Below the pieces are notes generated by a model. The model had not been told where the DNA came from, did not search any database, and saw only the letters and a list, made by a program, of their open reading frames with translations. From NCBI GenBank assembly GCA_049967855.1, contig JBMFRX010000009.1, positions 1-57,444 on the forward strand: a DNA stretch of 57,444 nucleotides, written 5' to 3'. The DNA is from Caldisericaceae bacterium. Lineage in GTDB: Bacteria; Caldisericota; Caldisericia; Caldisericales; Caldisericaceae. The translations under genes and the position numbers were made by a program. Positions within the stretch are counted from its first letter, which is position 1; each line of letters begins with the position of its first letter. This document shows, in pieces, positions 40,328-51,204 of this stretch.

Positions 40328-41516
40328 GAACATTCTGCTTACCGTTACAGGAAGCATTGCAGCATACAAGGCTTGCGAAATAGTACGTACTCTCAAGAAA
40401 AATGGCGATACAGTAAGAGTGATTCTTACAAGAGGAGGAGAACAGTTCATATCTCCTCTATCTTTTTCCGCTCTTGGTGCAGAAAAAGTCTATACAGACA
40501 AAGATGAGTTTGGCGTTGACGAAAACGGAATTTCAGTTCACATTTCTCTTTCACGTTGGGCAGACTGCATCCTGGTTGCGCCTGCAACAGCCGACTTTAT
40601 TGCAAAAATAAATGCAGGCATCGCAGACAGCCTACCACTTACGACTATACTTGCCTCAAAAAAACCCATTTTTGTTGCTCCTTGTATGAATGAAAATATG
40701 TACCTCAATGCCATAACTCAAAGAAACATTTCAGGCCTAAAAAAGATTGGAATGTTCGTAATTGAACCTGAAGAGGGGCCTCTTGCCGATTTTTCAGCAG
40801 GCAAAGGAAGATTGCCAGAAACCGAGTTTATCGTAGATACTGTAAACAACGTCCTCGAGCAAAATAAGTTTTTTGAAGGAAAAAGAATAACAGTCACTTG
40901 CGGCGCAACAAGAGAATTCATAGACCCAGTAAGATTCATAACCAATGGGTCAAGCGGGAAAATGGGAACAGAGATTGCCAGGGCAGCAAAAGCAATGGGG
41001 GCAAAAGTTCATCTCATTTATTCGGACATAAAAAGCGAAATTCCCCCTGTTGATAGTTGCTCAAAAGTCATAACGACGGAAGAAATGTACGAAGAGGTAA
41101 AAAGACACTTTGACGATACTGATATATTAATAATGGCAGCCGCTCCTGCTGACTTTAAACCAAAACAATTTGAGAAAAGTAAACTGCCCAAATCAAAAAA
41201 CCTTTCACTTGAACTTGAGGAAACAATCGACATTCTTAAAAACATTTCAAAAGAGAAGAAAAAACAAATAATAGTTGGTTTTGCTTTGCAAACAGAAGAT
41301 CTAAAAGAAAACGCAATGGCTAAACTCAAAGAAAAGAATATGGATGTTGTGGTTGCCAATTTGGAAACTAATATTGGCACAGATACTGGTTCGGTACTTC
41401 TCATATCAAAAAACGGCACCAACAAGAAAATTGACAATATGCAAAAATCGGATATAGCAAAAGAGTTGTTGCTTTTTGTTCACGAATACATCGATGAAGG
41501 AGGAAAAAATGGTTAG
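40320..41516 (+). CDS. coaBC: Bifunctional phosphopantothenoylcysteine decarboxylase/ligase
   Basis: The conserved [13 protein letters not shown] lies upstream of the ORF-track start (40419) in the same frame. An in-frame TAG precedes it, so the likely start is ATA at 40320, 6 nt after GAGGAGG. Further motifs: [25 protein letters not shown] and VGFALQT. Confidence 0.9.
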   Translation: MNRNILLTVTGSIAAYKACEIVRTLKKNGDTVRVILTRGGEQFISPLSFSALGAEKVYTDKDEFGVDENGISVHISLSRWADCILVAPATADFIAKINAGIADSLPLTTILASKKPIFVAPCMNENMYLNAITQRNISGLKKIGMFVIEPEEGPLADFSAGKGRLPETEFIVDTVNNVLEQNKFFEGKRITVTCGATREFIDPVRFITNGSSGKMGTEIARAAKAMGAKVHLIYSDIKSEIPPVDSCSKVITTEEMYEEVKRHFDDTDILIMAAAPADFKPKQFEKSKLPKSKNLSLELEETIDILKNISKEKKKQIIVGFALQTEDLKENAMAKLKEKNMDVVVANLETNIGTDTGSVLLISKNGTNKKIDNMQKSDIAKELLLFVHEYIDEGGKNG

Positions 41517-42699
41517 AAACGAAGAAAAAAGATTTGTAACAACTGAATCGGTGACTGAAGGACATCCAGACAAACTGGCAGACCAGATATCAGACAAGGT
41601 ACTTGACGAGATTCTGAAGGAAGACAAGAATTGCAGAGTGGCTTGCGAGACTTACGTAACTCACGGCCTAATAATTGTTGGCGGCGAAATCACAACAAGC
41701 GCCTGGGTTGATATTGCTGAAATTACTAGAAATGCAGTAAAAGAAGTGGGCTACACTTCTCCTAAATATGGGTTTGACTACCACACGTGTGCGGTTTTGA
41801 ACGCGGTAGGCAGGCAATCTCCAGACATTTCTCAAGGGGTTGACAGAGGAGGAGCTGGAGACCAGGGAATAATGTATGGATACGCAACTAACGAAACAGA
41901 AGAACTAATGCCTCTCCCAATCGTGCTTGCACACAGGTTGACACAACAACTTGCAAATGTAAGAAAATCTGGCGACTCTAATAGTATCGGCGCATTCCTC
42001 GGCCCTGATGGCAAGGCTCAAGTTACAATAAGATACGAAGGTAACAGAGCCGTTGAGGCAACAGACATCGTAATATCAACTCAACACACCGAAGACCTTC
42101 TTGATGTAAAAGACCCATCTCATATGTCAAATGAAGCAAGGCAATTGATTGTAGAGGAAATTGCAAAACCAGTCATACCTCAATACCTGATAAGCGATAA
42201 TACTCGTTTTCACATAAACCCGACAGGTAAATTTGTCGTAGGCGGTCCTCAATCTGACACTGGAATGACAGGAAGAAAGCTTGAAGTTGATACCTATGGA
42301 GGCCTTGCTCCACACGGTGGCGGAGCATTTTCAGGAAAAGACCCAACAAAAGTTGATAGGTCTGCTACGTATATGATGCGCTATTTGGCAAAAAATGTCG
42401 TTGCGGCGCACCTTGCAAAAGAGTGCCTCATACAAATTGCATACATTATTGGCGAAACGAAACCTGTTTCGTTTATGGTGGATACATTTGGAACAGGCAT
42501 TGTAGAAGATGAAAAGATTGAACAGGCTCTTCTTTCACTGACAGACTTGACTCCAGTTGGAATAATAGAACGTCTGGGGCTCAGGCGGCCTATCTATCAA
42601 AAAACAGCTACATACGGACATTTTGGAAGGAATGAGCCAGAATTCACATGGGAGAAAACTGATTTAATAAATGAAATATTAGAAAGAGTTGGAAAATAA
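41509..42699 (+). CDS. metK: S-adenosylmethionine synthetase
   Basis: [32 protein letters not shown] and YGHFGR. ATG 41509 follows SD AAGGAGG. Confidence 0.97.
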   Translation: MVRNEEKRFVTTESVTEGHPDKLADQISDKVLDEILKEDKNCRVACETYVTHGLIIVGGEITTSAWVDIAEITRNAVKEVGYTSPKYGFDYHTCAVLNAVGRQSPDISQGVDRGGAGDQGIMYGYATNETEELMPLPIVLAHRLTQQLANVRKSGDSNSIGAFLGPDGKAQVTIRYEGNRAVEATDIVISTQHTEDLLDVKDPSHMSNEARQLIVEEIAKPVIPQYLISDNTRFHINPTGKFVVGGPQSDTGMTGRKLEVDTYGGLAPHGGGAFSGKDPTKVDRSATYMMRYLAKNVVAAHLAKECLIQIAYIIGETKPVSFMVDTFGTGIVEDEKIEQALLSLTDLTPVGIIERLGLRRPIYQKTATYGHFGRNEPEFTWEKTDLINEILERVGK

Positions 42700-44977
42700 C
42701 AAATATGCTGGCGTTTTAATAATTGGCGCAAAGTCTCCATTTGACCTTCTGTATTACAAAATTCCTGATTCACTGAGGGATACGGTCAAAGTGGGGTCAA
42801 TAGTTGAACTTCCGTACGGAGAAAAGAATGAACCAAAGAGAGCCATTGCATTTGAACTGACGAGCCAAAAACCTCCATTCGAAGTCAAACCAATCTATAA
42901 AGTTAGTGAAGAGGAACCAGTTGACCCAAGAACAATCAATTTTCTTACTTTCATTTCGGACAGCTTTCTTATACCGCTGCACACTTTGGTGAACGAGCAT
43001 CTGGAGTCACTGGAGAAAACACCTCTTATAAAGTTTGTAGATTGCGTAAGCGAAGAAGAACTTGGAAAAATTGCATCAACTTCGACAGGCAAGAAACAAT
43101 CAATTGCAAACTATATACTGCACTTGAAGCATGCAAGACTCGACACCCTGAAGAAAAAATTTGGTGCAGTGTCAACGAAATACCTTGCAGAAATCAAAGA
43201 AACTGGAGCAATAGAAATTTCAGAGGTAAGCCTCCAGAAAAATACTAAATTCTACAGCTTAATTGTAGACGATACAGCAAAACTCCAAGAAGAAGTTCTT
43301 AAGCTTGAAAAAGGATTAAGAAACAGCGCCCTTAAAATAATAAGAACTTTTCTTGATTCTAATCTAAAAATAATAGATGAAGCAACGCTTTCATACAATG
43401 TGAGAAATAGCAAAAAAACTCTTGCAGCTCTTGCTGAGAGAAACATAATAATCCAGGCTATTCCTTCAGTTCAAGGTGCTTCATTGGAGAGAAAAACAAC
43501 AAGGCTTTTGATAACTGGAGGAAGCCTCCTTGAGAGAACAGACAGGATAATTGGAACGCTGCTAAAGAGAGAATCACCTTTGAGCACGCTTATAGTCTTT
43601 CCAGAAATTGCACTTATGGAAAAGGTTAAAGCAAAATATAAGGAAGCTTTCAAAGAAAGGTGCCTGATTTCAAATGAAAGAGACATTTCAAATTTCATAA
43701 ATAGAGCCTCATCAGGCGGCAAGATAATTCTTGCAACAGAGAAGGCACTTTTTTACAACATCAGAAGTTTAGAAACGATAATTCTCGAGGACTCATCAAG
43801 CAAATACTATAAAGCCAATCCCTTTTCACCATTTGACGCACGGTTAATCACATTAAGAAAATCAGAACTAGACAAACTTCAAGTCATTTTTTCGGCAAGT
43901 TGTCCAGACGAAGATCTATATTACCTGATGAGGAATAATTTCTTTGACAAAATTGAAACGCTCAATACCTCTGTAAAGGTAAAAGTGATAGATATGAGAA
44001 GTGAATTCAAAAACAGAAATCGCAATATGATTTCTTATTACCTCAAGAGAAGGATAAACGAAGCTCTGAAAAACGGAGATAATGTTGCCTTAATACTTAA
44101 CAGGAAGCCATATTCGACATTTGTTATGTGCAGAGAGTGTGGCTATGTTATGAAATGCAAGAATTGTGGTAATACTATGTACTTCGACAATGAAAGAAAA
44201 GTTCTTTATTGCCCTGTATGCGGTTATGAAGAAAAACCTCCTGATGTATGCCCGAGATGCAAGAGTCCCAACATTTCATACTTTGGTGGCGGTATTCAAA
44301 AACTGCTGCCTGAAATTGCTGCAACTTTTGACAATGCAAATGTTGTAAAAATGGTGAGCAATGAACACGGTTCGAGAATCATAACCAACTCGGCAGAATT
44401 CTCTTCAACAATATTTGTAGGAACAGAATTTCTCATGAGTCATTTGCAAACAGACAGAATCGCTCTATTTGGCTTTGTAAGTATTGATACTTTTGTGGAA
44501 GGGTATGGACATGAATCCTCAGTCAATGCATATAAGATATTTCAAGATGCAGCAAATGAAATTAAGAATAAGGAAATAATAATACAAACTTACATCCCCG
44601 AAAACTATGTTGTGAGCGCAATGCAAAATTTACAAACAAAAAAGTTTTTGGAACAAGAGCTCACTCTAAGAGAATTCCTGAACTATCCTCCATTTTTTAC
44701 TCTCATAGCGATCAACTGTGATGCTGCTCAAGAACAAAAAGTGAACGAAGCCAGCAAGCTAATTGCTCAAGCCCTTAACGACAAAGCAATTATACTTGGC
44801 CCTTCTAGAGGAAAGGACCCAGATACTTTCGAGATAACTATAAAAGTGCTAAAAGCAACTGCGGCTGAAATAAAAGAGGCGCTTAAAAGCGCCTCATCCA
44901 GGTCAAAAACTGACTTCAATATAAGAGTTTACCCAAAGTACACTGACTTCAACTCTGAGACCCAAGCACAGCAGTAA
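42689..44977 (+). CDS. priA: Primosomal protein N' (PriA) with degenerate helicase motifs
   Basis: N-terminal Y.IP...VG..V..P.G, PEIAL, LNR, the eight-Cys zinc module (CREC/CKNC/CPVC/CPRC), IIQTY.PE and YPPF. Follows metK. Confidence 0.85.
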   Translation: MENNKYAGVLIIGAKSPFDLLYYKIPDSLRDTVKVGSIVELPYGEKNEPKRAIAFELTSQKPPFEVKPIYKVSEEEPVDPRTINFLTFISDSFLIPLHTLVNEHLESLEKTPLIKFVDCVSEEELGKIASTSTGKKQSIANYILHLKHARLDTLKKKFGAVSTKYLAEIKETGAIEISEVSLQKNTKFYSLIVDDTAKLQEEVLKLEKGLRNSALKIIRTFLDSNLKIIDEATLSYNVRNSKKTLAALAERNIIIQAIPSVQGASLERKTTRLLITGGSLLERTDRIIGTLLKRESPLSTLIVFPEIALMEKVKAKYKEAFKERCLISNERDISNFINRASSGGKIILATEKALFYNIRSLETIILEDSSSKYYKANPFSPFDARLITLRKSELDKLQVIFSASCPDEDLYYLMRNNFFDKIETLNTSVKVKVIDMRSEFKNRNRNMISYYLKRRINEALKNGDNVALILNRKPYSTFVMCRECGYVMKCKNCGNTMYFDNERKVLYCPVCGYEEKPPDVCPRCKSPNISYFGGGIQKLLPEIAATFDNANVVKMVSNEHGSRIITNSAEFSSTIFVGTEFLMSHLQTDRIALFGFVSIDTFVEGYGHESSVNAYKIFQDAANEIKNKEIIIQTYIPENYVVSAMQNLQTKKFLEQELTLREFLNYPPFFTLIAINCDAAQEQKVNEASKLIAQALNDKAIILGPSRGKDPDTFEITIKVLKATAAEIKEALKSASSRSKTDFNIRVYPKYTDFNSETQAQQ

Positions 44978-46079
44978 CCTGTATTGGATTATTGCTGTTA
45001 GCTCTTAGAATAGTAAGGGTTATCTTGTCACCAACGTTGTGTCCCCTAATAATCGAGATGAGTTGGTCACTTGTCGTTACAGCTTTTCCATCAATAGCAG
45101 TGATAATGTCATTAACCTTTATTCCTGCCTTTGATGCAGCACTCCCTGCCTGAACACTCGATACCAAAACACCTTCAACATATTTGATGTTCTGCTGCTG
45201 AGCGAGGCTTTCACTCATTGTTGTTACTCCTACGCCTAAGAAAGGCCATTGCACTTTACCTTTTGCAAGTATATCGTTAATCACTTTTTCACACGTATTC
45301 GATGAAACAGCAAATCCTAATCCTTGAGAATTGTTGTAAATCATAGTATTAATACCAATAACATTGCCCTGAAGGTCCACAAGTGGCCCTCCACTGTTTC
45401 CTGGATTGATAGCAGTATCTGTCTGGATTACTCCATACATCGTAGTGCCATCTCCATTGTCTATGTTTCTTTCAACAGCGCTTATAACACCAAAAGTGAC
45501 AGTATGGTCAAGCCCGTAAGGGTTACCAATTGCAACAACGAATTCGCCAACTTTAATCTTTGAAGAATCCCCAAGAGTGGCATATGGAAGGTTTGTTGCA
45601 TTTATCTTTACAAGCGCTACGTCGCTTACAGGATCAGTTCCAAGAACTGTTCCAGAATAAGTTTTCCCGCTTGTGAGCGTAACTTCAATCTTGTTTGCAT
45701 CGGCAATTACGTGATTGTTTGTAAGTATCAAACCATCAGAACGTATGATAACCCCTGAACCAAGCCCCTGCTGCTGTGATGACTGCATAAAGAAGGGGTT
45801 AATAACTTGAGTAGTTGAAACAATTCGAACAACCTCAGGAGATATAGTATCTGCAACTTTCTCCACCGCAGTTTCAATAGGGACAATATCAGGATTAACA
45901 TTAATAGTACCCTGGGAATTTGTCTGTATTGTATTCAAATTAGCCCACGGAAAAAGAGAAGGATTCTTAAAAATGACAAACGTACCAAACATGCCTCCTA
46001 CAATACCTCCGATAATCAATCCAACGATAAGGAATACTACCCAACTTCTTTTTTCTCTAACAACTTTATTTTCTTCCAT
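44949..46079 (-). CDS. HtrA/DegP-like serine protease with one PDZ domain
   Basis: N-terminal TM, GSGVI, TNNHV (His), SDVA (Asp), GNSGGPL (Ser) and a C-terminal PDZ domain. Confidence 0.95.
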   Translation of the reverse strand: MEENKVVREKRSWVVFLIVGLIIGGIVGGMFGTFVIFKNPSLFPWANLNTIQTNSQGTINVNPDIVPIETAVEKVADTISPEVVRIVSTTQVINPFFMQSSQQQGLGSGVIIRSDGLILTNNHVIADANKIEVTLTSGKTYSGTVLGTDPVSDVALVKINATNLPYATLGDSSKIKVGEFVVAIGNPYGLDHTVTFGVISAVERNIDNGDGTTMYGVIQTDTAINPGNSGGPLVDLQGNVIGINTMIYNNSQGLGFAVSSNTCEKVINDILAKGKVQWPFLGVGVTTMSESLAQQQNIKYVEGVLVSSVQAGSAASKAGIKVNDIITAIDGKAVTTSDQLISIIRGHNVGDKITLTILRANSNNPIQVTAVLGSQS

Positions 46080-46092
46080 TTTGTACCTCCTA

Positions 46093-47544
46093 TTAAAATT
46101 CTATCTTATCTGAATCGTTAACAATTCTTACTTTATTTCCGAACTGAGCAGAATAAATCTCAGGATGCTCAGTGTGAACAGGGATTATTACTTCAGGGTC
46201 AATCTCATCAACAAGCTTAAACAAATCCTCTTTTCGTGCATGACCAGAAGCATGCACGTGGAATCTTGGATACAGATTGAATTTCGCCAGCCAATTATCC
46301 ATCCTCTTTTGGTCAATCTCCTGCTCCTCTGAATGAGCTTCAGAAGACGAATGAATATATGCACTTCCCTTTGAAGGCAAAATATCAATGAGTTCTTGAA
46401 GGTCGAAGAATCTAAGAGTTACAACAAAATTCCCCTGATTACTGTGAATATCTTCAGCCTTTATCAACTTGCTTTTTGGAACTCTCCCGAGAAGATCCTT
46501 CATCCATTTTCTGTTGTAGTCGCCTTCATCATAAGTGCCAGAAATGTGTTTCTCAAGATACAGATACACATCTGGGTCATTTAAGAGATCAGGTATTCCA
46601 TTCTCTAAGGCGTGAATGCTATCAAGCAAATAAGCATCCTTAAGAGAGATAACAAATTTCCGACCTGTAACCTTCGAAAGTGTTAGAAATGTAAGTAATC
46701 GGTCCGTGTCTCGTATCGAAAAATCAGCTATGATTAGTTCTTTGGTCTTTTTGAACACCTCGTAAGCTTCATCAAAAACCCTCTGTTCAGTCCAGAACTC
46801 TCTCTCATCATTTTTGTCTCTCAAATTCGTACCTTCAATGATAAGAAATTTAGGCTTACTCTTTCGAGCATTGGCAGCAAAATTGAGAGTCTCATCGGTT
46901 CTTTTTCCGTGTAACCTCAAATCTCCAGAATACACGATAGAGCCTTCGGGAGATTCAATAACATAACCGAGAGCCCCTCTTATAGAGTGATCCACAGGAT
47001 AAGCGCTGACAATAACATTTTCAAAAGGCACTTTTTCGGCAATTGTTTTAAAATTGTGCGAGCCTTTCTCGTCCCCACTCTTCATAGGACTTCTCCTTTT
47101 GAACTCAAACATTTTGTTTTCAAAAGTAGGGTTCCCACTTTCTTCCATTGCCTTAAGTATTGCAAGAGTAGTTGGAGAAGCATAAATTGGAAGCTCTTCT
47201 CGCAGCAACGCAACGTATGCAGAGTGGTCAAAGTGCGCATGGGTTAAGAAAACAGCATTGACAAATACTTGTTCGGAACCATCTCCTAAATCATTTGAAC
47301 CATTTCTATTGAGCAGCTGCACTAAATCAGTTCTGTACATCCCAGGCAAACGGGGGACAAGTCCAAGAAAGTACAAGTCGCCAATCCCATTTGCTACACG
47401 TGGATTGAGAAATTCCTCATAATACAGTCCGCGGTTTTTGTAATTTAATCCAAAATCAAAGAAAAATTTACTCTTTGCTACTTCTAAAAATAGCTTAGTC
47501 CCGCCAATTTCATTTGCACCATCAAAAATCTCAATCTTTCCCAT
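46093..47544 (-). CDS. MBL-fold metallo-hydrolase, RNase J/beta-CASP-like (second paralog)
   Basis: GANEIGG, DFG, THAHFDH, VDHSIRGA, YSGD, IEGT, HASGHA and PVHTE. Confidence 0.87.
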   Translation of the reverse strand: MGKIEIFDGANEIGGTKLFLEVAKSKFFFDFGLNYKNRGLYYEEFLNPRVANGIGDLYFLGLVPRLPGMYRTDLVQLLNRNGSNDLGDGSEQVFVNAVFLTHAHFDHSAYVALLREELPIYASPTTLAILKAMEESGNPTFENKMFEFKRRSPMKSGDEKGSHNFKTIAEKVPFENVIVSAYPVDHSIRGALGYVIESPEGSIVYSGDLRLHGKRTDETLNFAANARKSKPKFLIIEGTNLRDKNDEREFWTEQRVFDEAYEVFKKTKELIIADFSIRDTDRLLTFLTLSKVTGRKFVISLKDAYLLDSIHALENGIPDLLNDPDVYLYLEKHISGTYDEGDYNRKWMKDLLGRVPKSKLIKAEDIHSNQGNFVVTLRFFDLQELIDILPSKGSAYIHSSSEAHSEEQEIDQKRMDNWLAKFNLYPRFHVHASGHARKEDLFKLVDEIDPEVIIPVHTEHPEIYSAQFGNKVRIVNDSDKIEF

Positions 47545-47604
47545 ACTTCAAATTATATAGCGAAATATGAAAAAAATGTGAAGAAAAAAATAAAACGAGA
47601 GTTC

Positions 47605-47952
47605 TTACTCAAGCATTTTTTCTTTTATTTCTCTGATGCATTTATCAATTTTGATTCTTAGGTAGCCAAGGTTTACAGTTTTCAACGAAATAGTTGCAAG
47701 AAATCCGTTCCCAAGGGAAGAGAAAATTATGAAATCAGTCTCTGTTTCAATAAGAATATGCTTCACTTTACCTGCATTAAGAACCTTCGCGGTGGTAACT
47801 CCGTTTTTAAAACTGCTTGCGCACATTCCAGACACGGCATCTGGGTCGAGCTCGTCGGGCAAAACAGATGTTATTATGAGCCCTTCATTGCTTATAATAG
47901 CCACACCTCTTACTCCAGCAATCTGGCTCAAGATTTTCAGTATCTCTTCCAT
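47605..47952 (-). CDS. Roadblock/LC7 (MglB-like) protein
   Basis: 115 aa: L..L..IAGVRGVAIISNEGLII, ILIE and NLGYLR. Confidence 0.85.
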   Translation of the reverse strand: MEEILKILSQIAGVRGVAIISNEGLIITSVLPDELDPDAVSGMCASSFKNGVTTAKVLNAGKVKHILIETETDFIIFSSLGNGFLATISLKTVNLGYLRIKIDKCIREIKEKMLE

Positions 47953-47953
47953 A

Positions 47954-48436
47954 TCAATGTCCTCCCTTTCCTTGAATGATATCTATACAATGTTCAATTA
48001 TCTCACTCACAACAGATATAGAATCCACAGCACCTTTTGGGTTGCCTGGAAGATTAATTATCAGAGTATCTTTCCTCACACCGCTTATCCCTCTTGAAAG
48101 AACTGCAGATTTTGTAATCTCCTCAAAATTCTTAACCCTCATTATTTCTGATATGCCAGGCATTTCTTTGTCTATAACAAGCCTCGTTGCTTCTGGCGTA
48201 ACATCACGCTTTGACGGTCCTGTTCCTCCGCTAACAAGGATGAGGTCAACCCTTAAAACATCGGCATAATAAATCATCTTCTTGCTTAGCAAAAGAGCAT
48301 CATCTGGTACAATAGAACTGTCAACCAACTCCCACCCATTCGAACCTATGAAGCGAGAAAGTAATGGAATTGTTTCGTCCTTATTTGTGCCATTGCTTCT
48401 GGTATCACTTGCTATTATTATTGCGGCCTTAATCAT
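47954..48436 (-). CDS. MogA/MoaB molybdopterin adenylyltransferase family protein
   Basis: SD, IVPDD, GGTG...RDVTPEA, LSRG and INLPGNPKG. Confidence 0.92.
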   Translation of the reverse strand: MIKAAIIIASDTRSNGTNKDETIPLLSRFIGSNGWELVDSSIVPDDALLLSKKMIYYADVLRVDLILVSGGTGPSKRDVTPEATRLVIDKEMPGISEIMRVKNFEEITKSAVLSRGISGVRKDTLIINLPGNPKGAVDSISVVSEIIEHCIDIIQGKGGH

Positions 48437-48509
48437 ACTAATATCATATCAAAAAAAACTAAATTTAAAAATATCTTTGCAATACAAAAAAATAAACTAT
48501 ACTAAAAGT

Positions 48510-49196
48510 ATGGATTTTTTTACGACAGTAATTGAAATACATAAATGCGACTCAACAATGAATTTTGCACGTAAGGCAACAGAGTTTGTCAAAAAACCAT
48601 TCATTGTAAGAGCAGATATTCAAACCGAAGGTAAAGGCCAGTACGAGAGAAAGTGGAGCTCTAAAGCGGGTGGCTTATGGATGACGCAGGTTTTTGATAT
48701 CAAAAATCCTCTGGGATTATCAACGTTTATTGCAATTCCATTATTAAGAACATTGAAAAAGTATCATAAAAATGTGAACGTTAAATGGCCAAATGATATA
48801 CTTCTTGAAAACAAGAAAATTGCAGGAATCCTCACTGAAATAATGAACAAAACAGTGTTCGTTGGCATAGGGATTAACATTGCAAATGACATCCCTGTAG
48901 AATTGGAGAATATTGCAATAACACTGTCTACGGTCACAGAAGTTTCCCCTTCGGCTTTCTTGAGCGAGCTCTTGCGTATAGAAGAGCCATTGCTCAACAC
49001 GTTTATTGCAGATGGATTTGCTTCTTTTAGAAATGAATATGAGGACAATCTTGTATTCATTAACAGGCAGATAGTGGTTGAAAGCAAAGAAAGATATTCT
49101 GGGAAAGCTGTTGGAGTTTCAGATGCTGGAGAGCTGATTATTGAATCAAATGGCAGTATTGTAAGAATTGGCTCAGGCACAGTGAAAGAATTCTAA
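48510..49196 (+). CDS. birA: Biotin--protein ligase (monofunctional, no HTH)
   Basis: QTEGKGQ..R.W.S, KWPNDI, KKIAGIL and GIGIN. Start placed at ATG 48510 because the longer ORF overlaps mogA. Confidence 0.9.
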   Translation: MDFFTTVIEIHKCDSTMNFARKATEFVKKPFIVRADIQTEGKGQYERKWSSKAGGLWMTQVFDIKNPLGLSTFIAIPLLRTLKKYHKNVNVKWPNDILLENKKIAGILTEIMNKTVFVGIGINIANDIPVELENIAITLSTVTEVSPSAFLSELLRIEEPLLNTFIADGFASFRNEYEDNLVFINRQIVVESKERYSGKAVGVSDAGELIIESNGSIVRIGSGTVKEF

Positions 49197-49231
49197 ATTG
49201 CTAGGTTTTCTTACAAAATACCCAAAAACTA

Positions 49232-49260
49232 TTGACTACAAAATTACTTTATGCTAAAAT
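49232..49260 (+). promoter_or_regulatory. Promoter of the decarboxylase operon
   Basis: TTGACT, 17 nt spacer, TAAAAT, with a TGn extended -10. Confidence 0.65.
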
Positions 49261-49299
49261 TGAAATGTATTTTTTCAAAAATCTATGGGAGGTAGACTG

Positions 49300-50847
49300 A
49301 TGGAAAAAAATGAGTTAACCGAAATTTTGAATGAGAAGAAGAAAGCTATTCGCGGCACAGGCAACAAGGAAGCCGTCGAAAAGCAACACGCAAAAGGCAA
49401 GCTGACTGCAAGAGAGAGAATTGACCTTCTTTTGGATTCAGGTTCTTTTCAGGAATTCGATCTTTTTGTCAAAACACGCTCCACATACTTTGGGCTAGAC
49501 AAGAAAGACATTCCAGCAGACGGAGTTGTAACGGGTATTGGCACAGTCAACGGAAGAAGAGTAGCCCTTTACTCGCAGGATTTCAATGTTATCGGCGGTT
49601 CGTTAGGTGAGATGCATGCTTTGAAAATCACGAAGATGCAAGACCTTGCCACCAAACTTGGAATTCCTTTCATTGCAATGAATGATTCAGGTGGCGCAAG
49701 GATTCAGGAAGGAGTTGATTCTCTAAGAGGATATGGGGATATATTCGTGAGAAACGTAAAGGCCTCTGGAGTTATTCCTCAAATCTCACTCCAATTAGGA
49801 CCAACTGCAGGAGGCGCTGTTTATTCCCCTGCAATAATGGACTTTATTATTATGACTGAAAAAGCCACGATGTATATTACAGGACCAAATGTGGTTGAAG
49901 CAGTAACAGGAGAGAAAGTCACTCATGAAGAACTGGGAGGCGGTGTTATCCACAACGAAAAGAGCGGCGTTGCACATTTTCTCGCCAAAGACGACGCCGA
50001 AGCGATAGAAACCGTCAAAAAACTCCTTTCTTATCTTCCTGATAACTACTTGCAGGAACCAAGAGTGACTGAAAGTGACGATTCAACCGAAAGAGAAACT
50101 CCTGAGCTAAGAAACGCGGTCCCTCTTGACCCAAATAAAGCATACAACGTAAAGTCAATTATCAAAGCAGTGCTTGATGAAGGAGATTTTCTTGAAGTGC
50201 AGGAGACTTTTGCGCAGAACGCAGTTGTTGGTTTTGGGCGAATTGGCGGACGTAGTGTTGGTATCATTGCAAACCAGGCAATGTATCTTGCTGGAGTTCT
50301 TGATATCAACTCTGCCGATAAAATCGCACGATTTATCAGATTCTGTGACTCCTTCAATATCCCTGTCGTTACTTTTGTTGATACTCCTGGCTATATGCCA
50401 GGCACCGCCCAGGAACACGGTGGAGTTATCAGACACGGAGCAAAAATACTCTACGCATACTCTGAGGCTACAGTTCCAAAGATTACCATTATTCTGAGAA
50501 AAGCTTATGGAGGAGCTTATATTGCAATGTGTTCACGGCATCTTGGAGCAGATGCGGTATTTGCATACCCTAATGCTGAAATAGCAGTTATGGGAGCAGA
50601 CGGTGCGGCAAACATAATATTTGCAAAGGAAATCTCAAGCGCTCCGGACCCAGATGAAGCAAGAACACAGAAAATTAAGGAATATAGAGAACAATTCGCA
50701 AATCCGTATAAAGCAGCCGAACGGGGATACGTTGACGATGTTATTGACCCTGCTGACACAAGGAAAGTTGTTGCAAATATGCTTACCTTCCTCAGAAGCA
50801 AGAGCGAAGATGCTGTCCAAAAGAAGCACGGCAACATTCCACTGTAA
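49300..50847 (+). CDS. mmdA: Acyl-CoA carboxyltransferase (methylmalonyl-CoA decarboxylase alpha-like)
   Basis: GKLTARERI, DSGGARIQEG, VDTPG, RKAYGGAY and KKHGNIPL. Confidence 0.85.
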   Translation: MEKNELTEILNEKKKAIRGTGNKEAVEKQHAKGKLTARERIDLLLDSGSFQEFDLFVKTRSTYFGLDKKDIPADGVVTGIGTVNGRRVALYSQDFNVIGGSLGEMHALKITKMQDLATKLGIPFIAMNDSGGARIQEGVDSLRGYGDIFVRNVKASGVIPQISLQLGPTAGGAVYSPAIMDFIIMTEKATMYITGPNVVEAVTGEKVTHEELGGGVIHNEKSGVAHFLAKDDAEAIETVKKLLSYLPDNYLQEPRVTESDDSTERETPELRNAVPLDPNKAYNVKSIIKAVLDEGDFLEVQETFAQNAVVGFGRIGGRSVGIIANQAMYLAGVLDINSADKIARFIRFCDSFNIPVVTFVDTPGYMPGTAQEHGGVIRHGAKILYAYSEATVPKITIILRKAYGGAYIAMCSRHLGADAVFAYPNAEIAVMGADGAANIIFAKEISSAPDPDEARTQKIKEYREQFANPYKAAERGYVDDVIDPADTRKVVANMLTFLRSKSEDAVQKKHGNIPL

Positions 50848-50856
50848 GGTGATAAA

Positions 50857-51204
50857 ATGAACTCAAGCATAATAAATGAAGGGCTTTACATAGGTGTTGT
50901 TGGTATGACAATTACCTTTGCAGTGTTAGCCTTTCTTGGATTCATACTGTACTTATTCAAAGTGCTCATCTATAAGAATGGTAATGGCATAGCAGAACAA
51001 GTTCCTGAGGCGGCCGAAGATGTAGAGTATGCTCCAGAGAAGACCAAAAGCGAACTCTCAGACAAGAAAAAAATCGCAGCAATAGTTGCTGCAGTTGCAA
51101 CATTTTTCGGTTCACAGAAAAGAACAGAAGAAGAGGATTATAAGCACGCTGCAGAAAATAATGCAAACAAATCTTTAAAGAATAAGAGGTGGAGAAATGG
51201 GTAA
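50857..51204 (+). CDS. OadG/MmdD-like membrane anchor subunit
   Basis: GM.ITF.VL TM segment, IAAIVAAV and a C-terminal W. Confidence 0.82.
   Translation: MNSSIINEGLYIGVVGMTITFAVLAFLGFILYLFKVLIYKNGNGIAEQVPEAAEDVEYAPEKTKSELSDKKKIAAIVAAVATFFGSQKRTEEEDYKHAAENNANKSLKNKRWRNG

Noticed and set aside
40306..40330. Programmed +1 frameshift fusing the omega-like ORF to CoaBC
   Set aside because: No good slippery re-pairing at AAA TAG, and the SD spacing fits initiation at ATA rather than prfB-style shifting.
49197..49299. Na+-sensing riboswitch ahead of the Na+ decarboxylase operon
   Set aside because: The predicted leader is only about 30 nt, AT-rich and unstructured.
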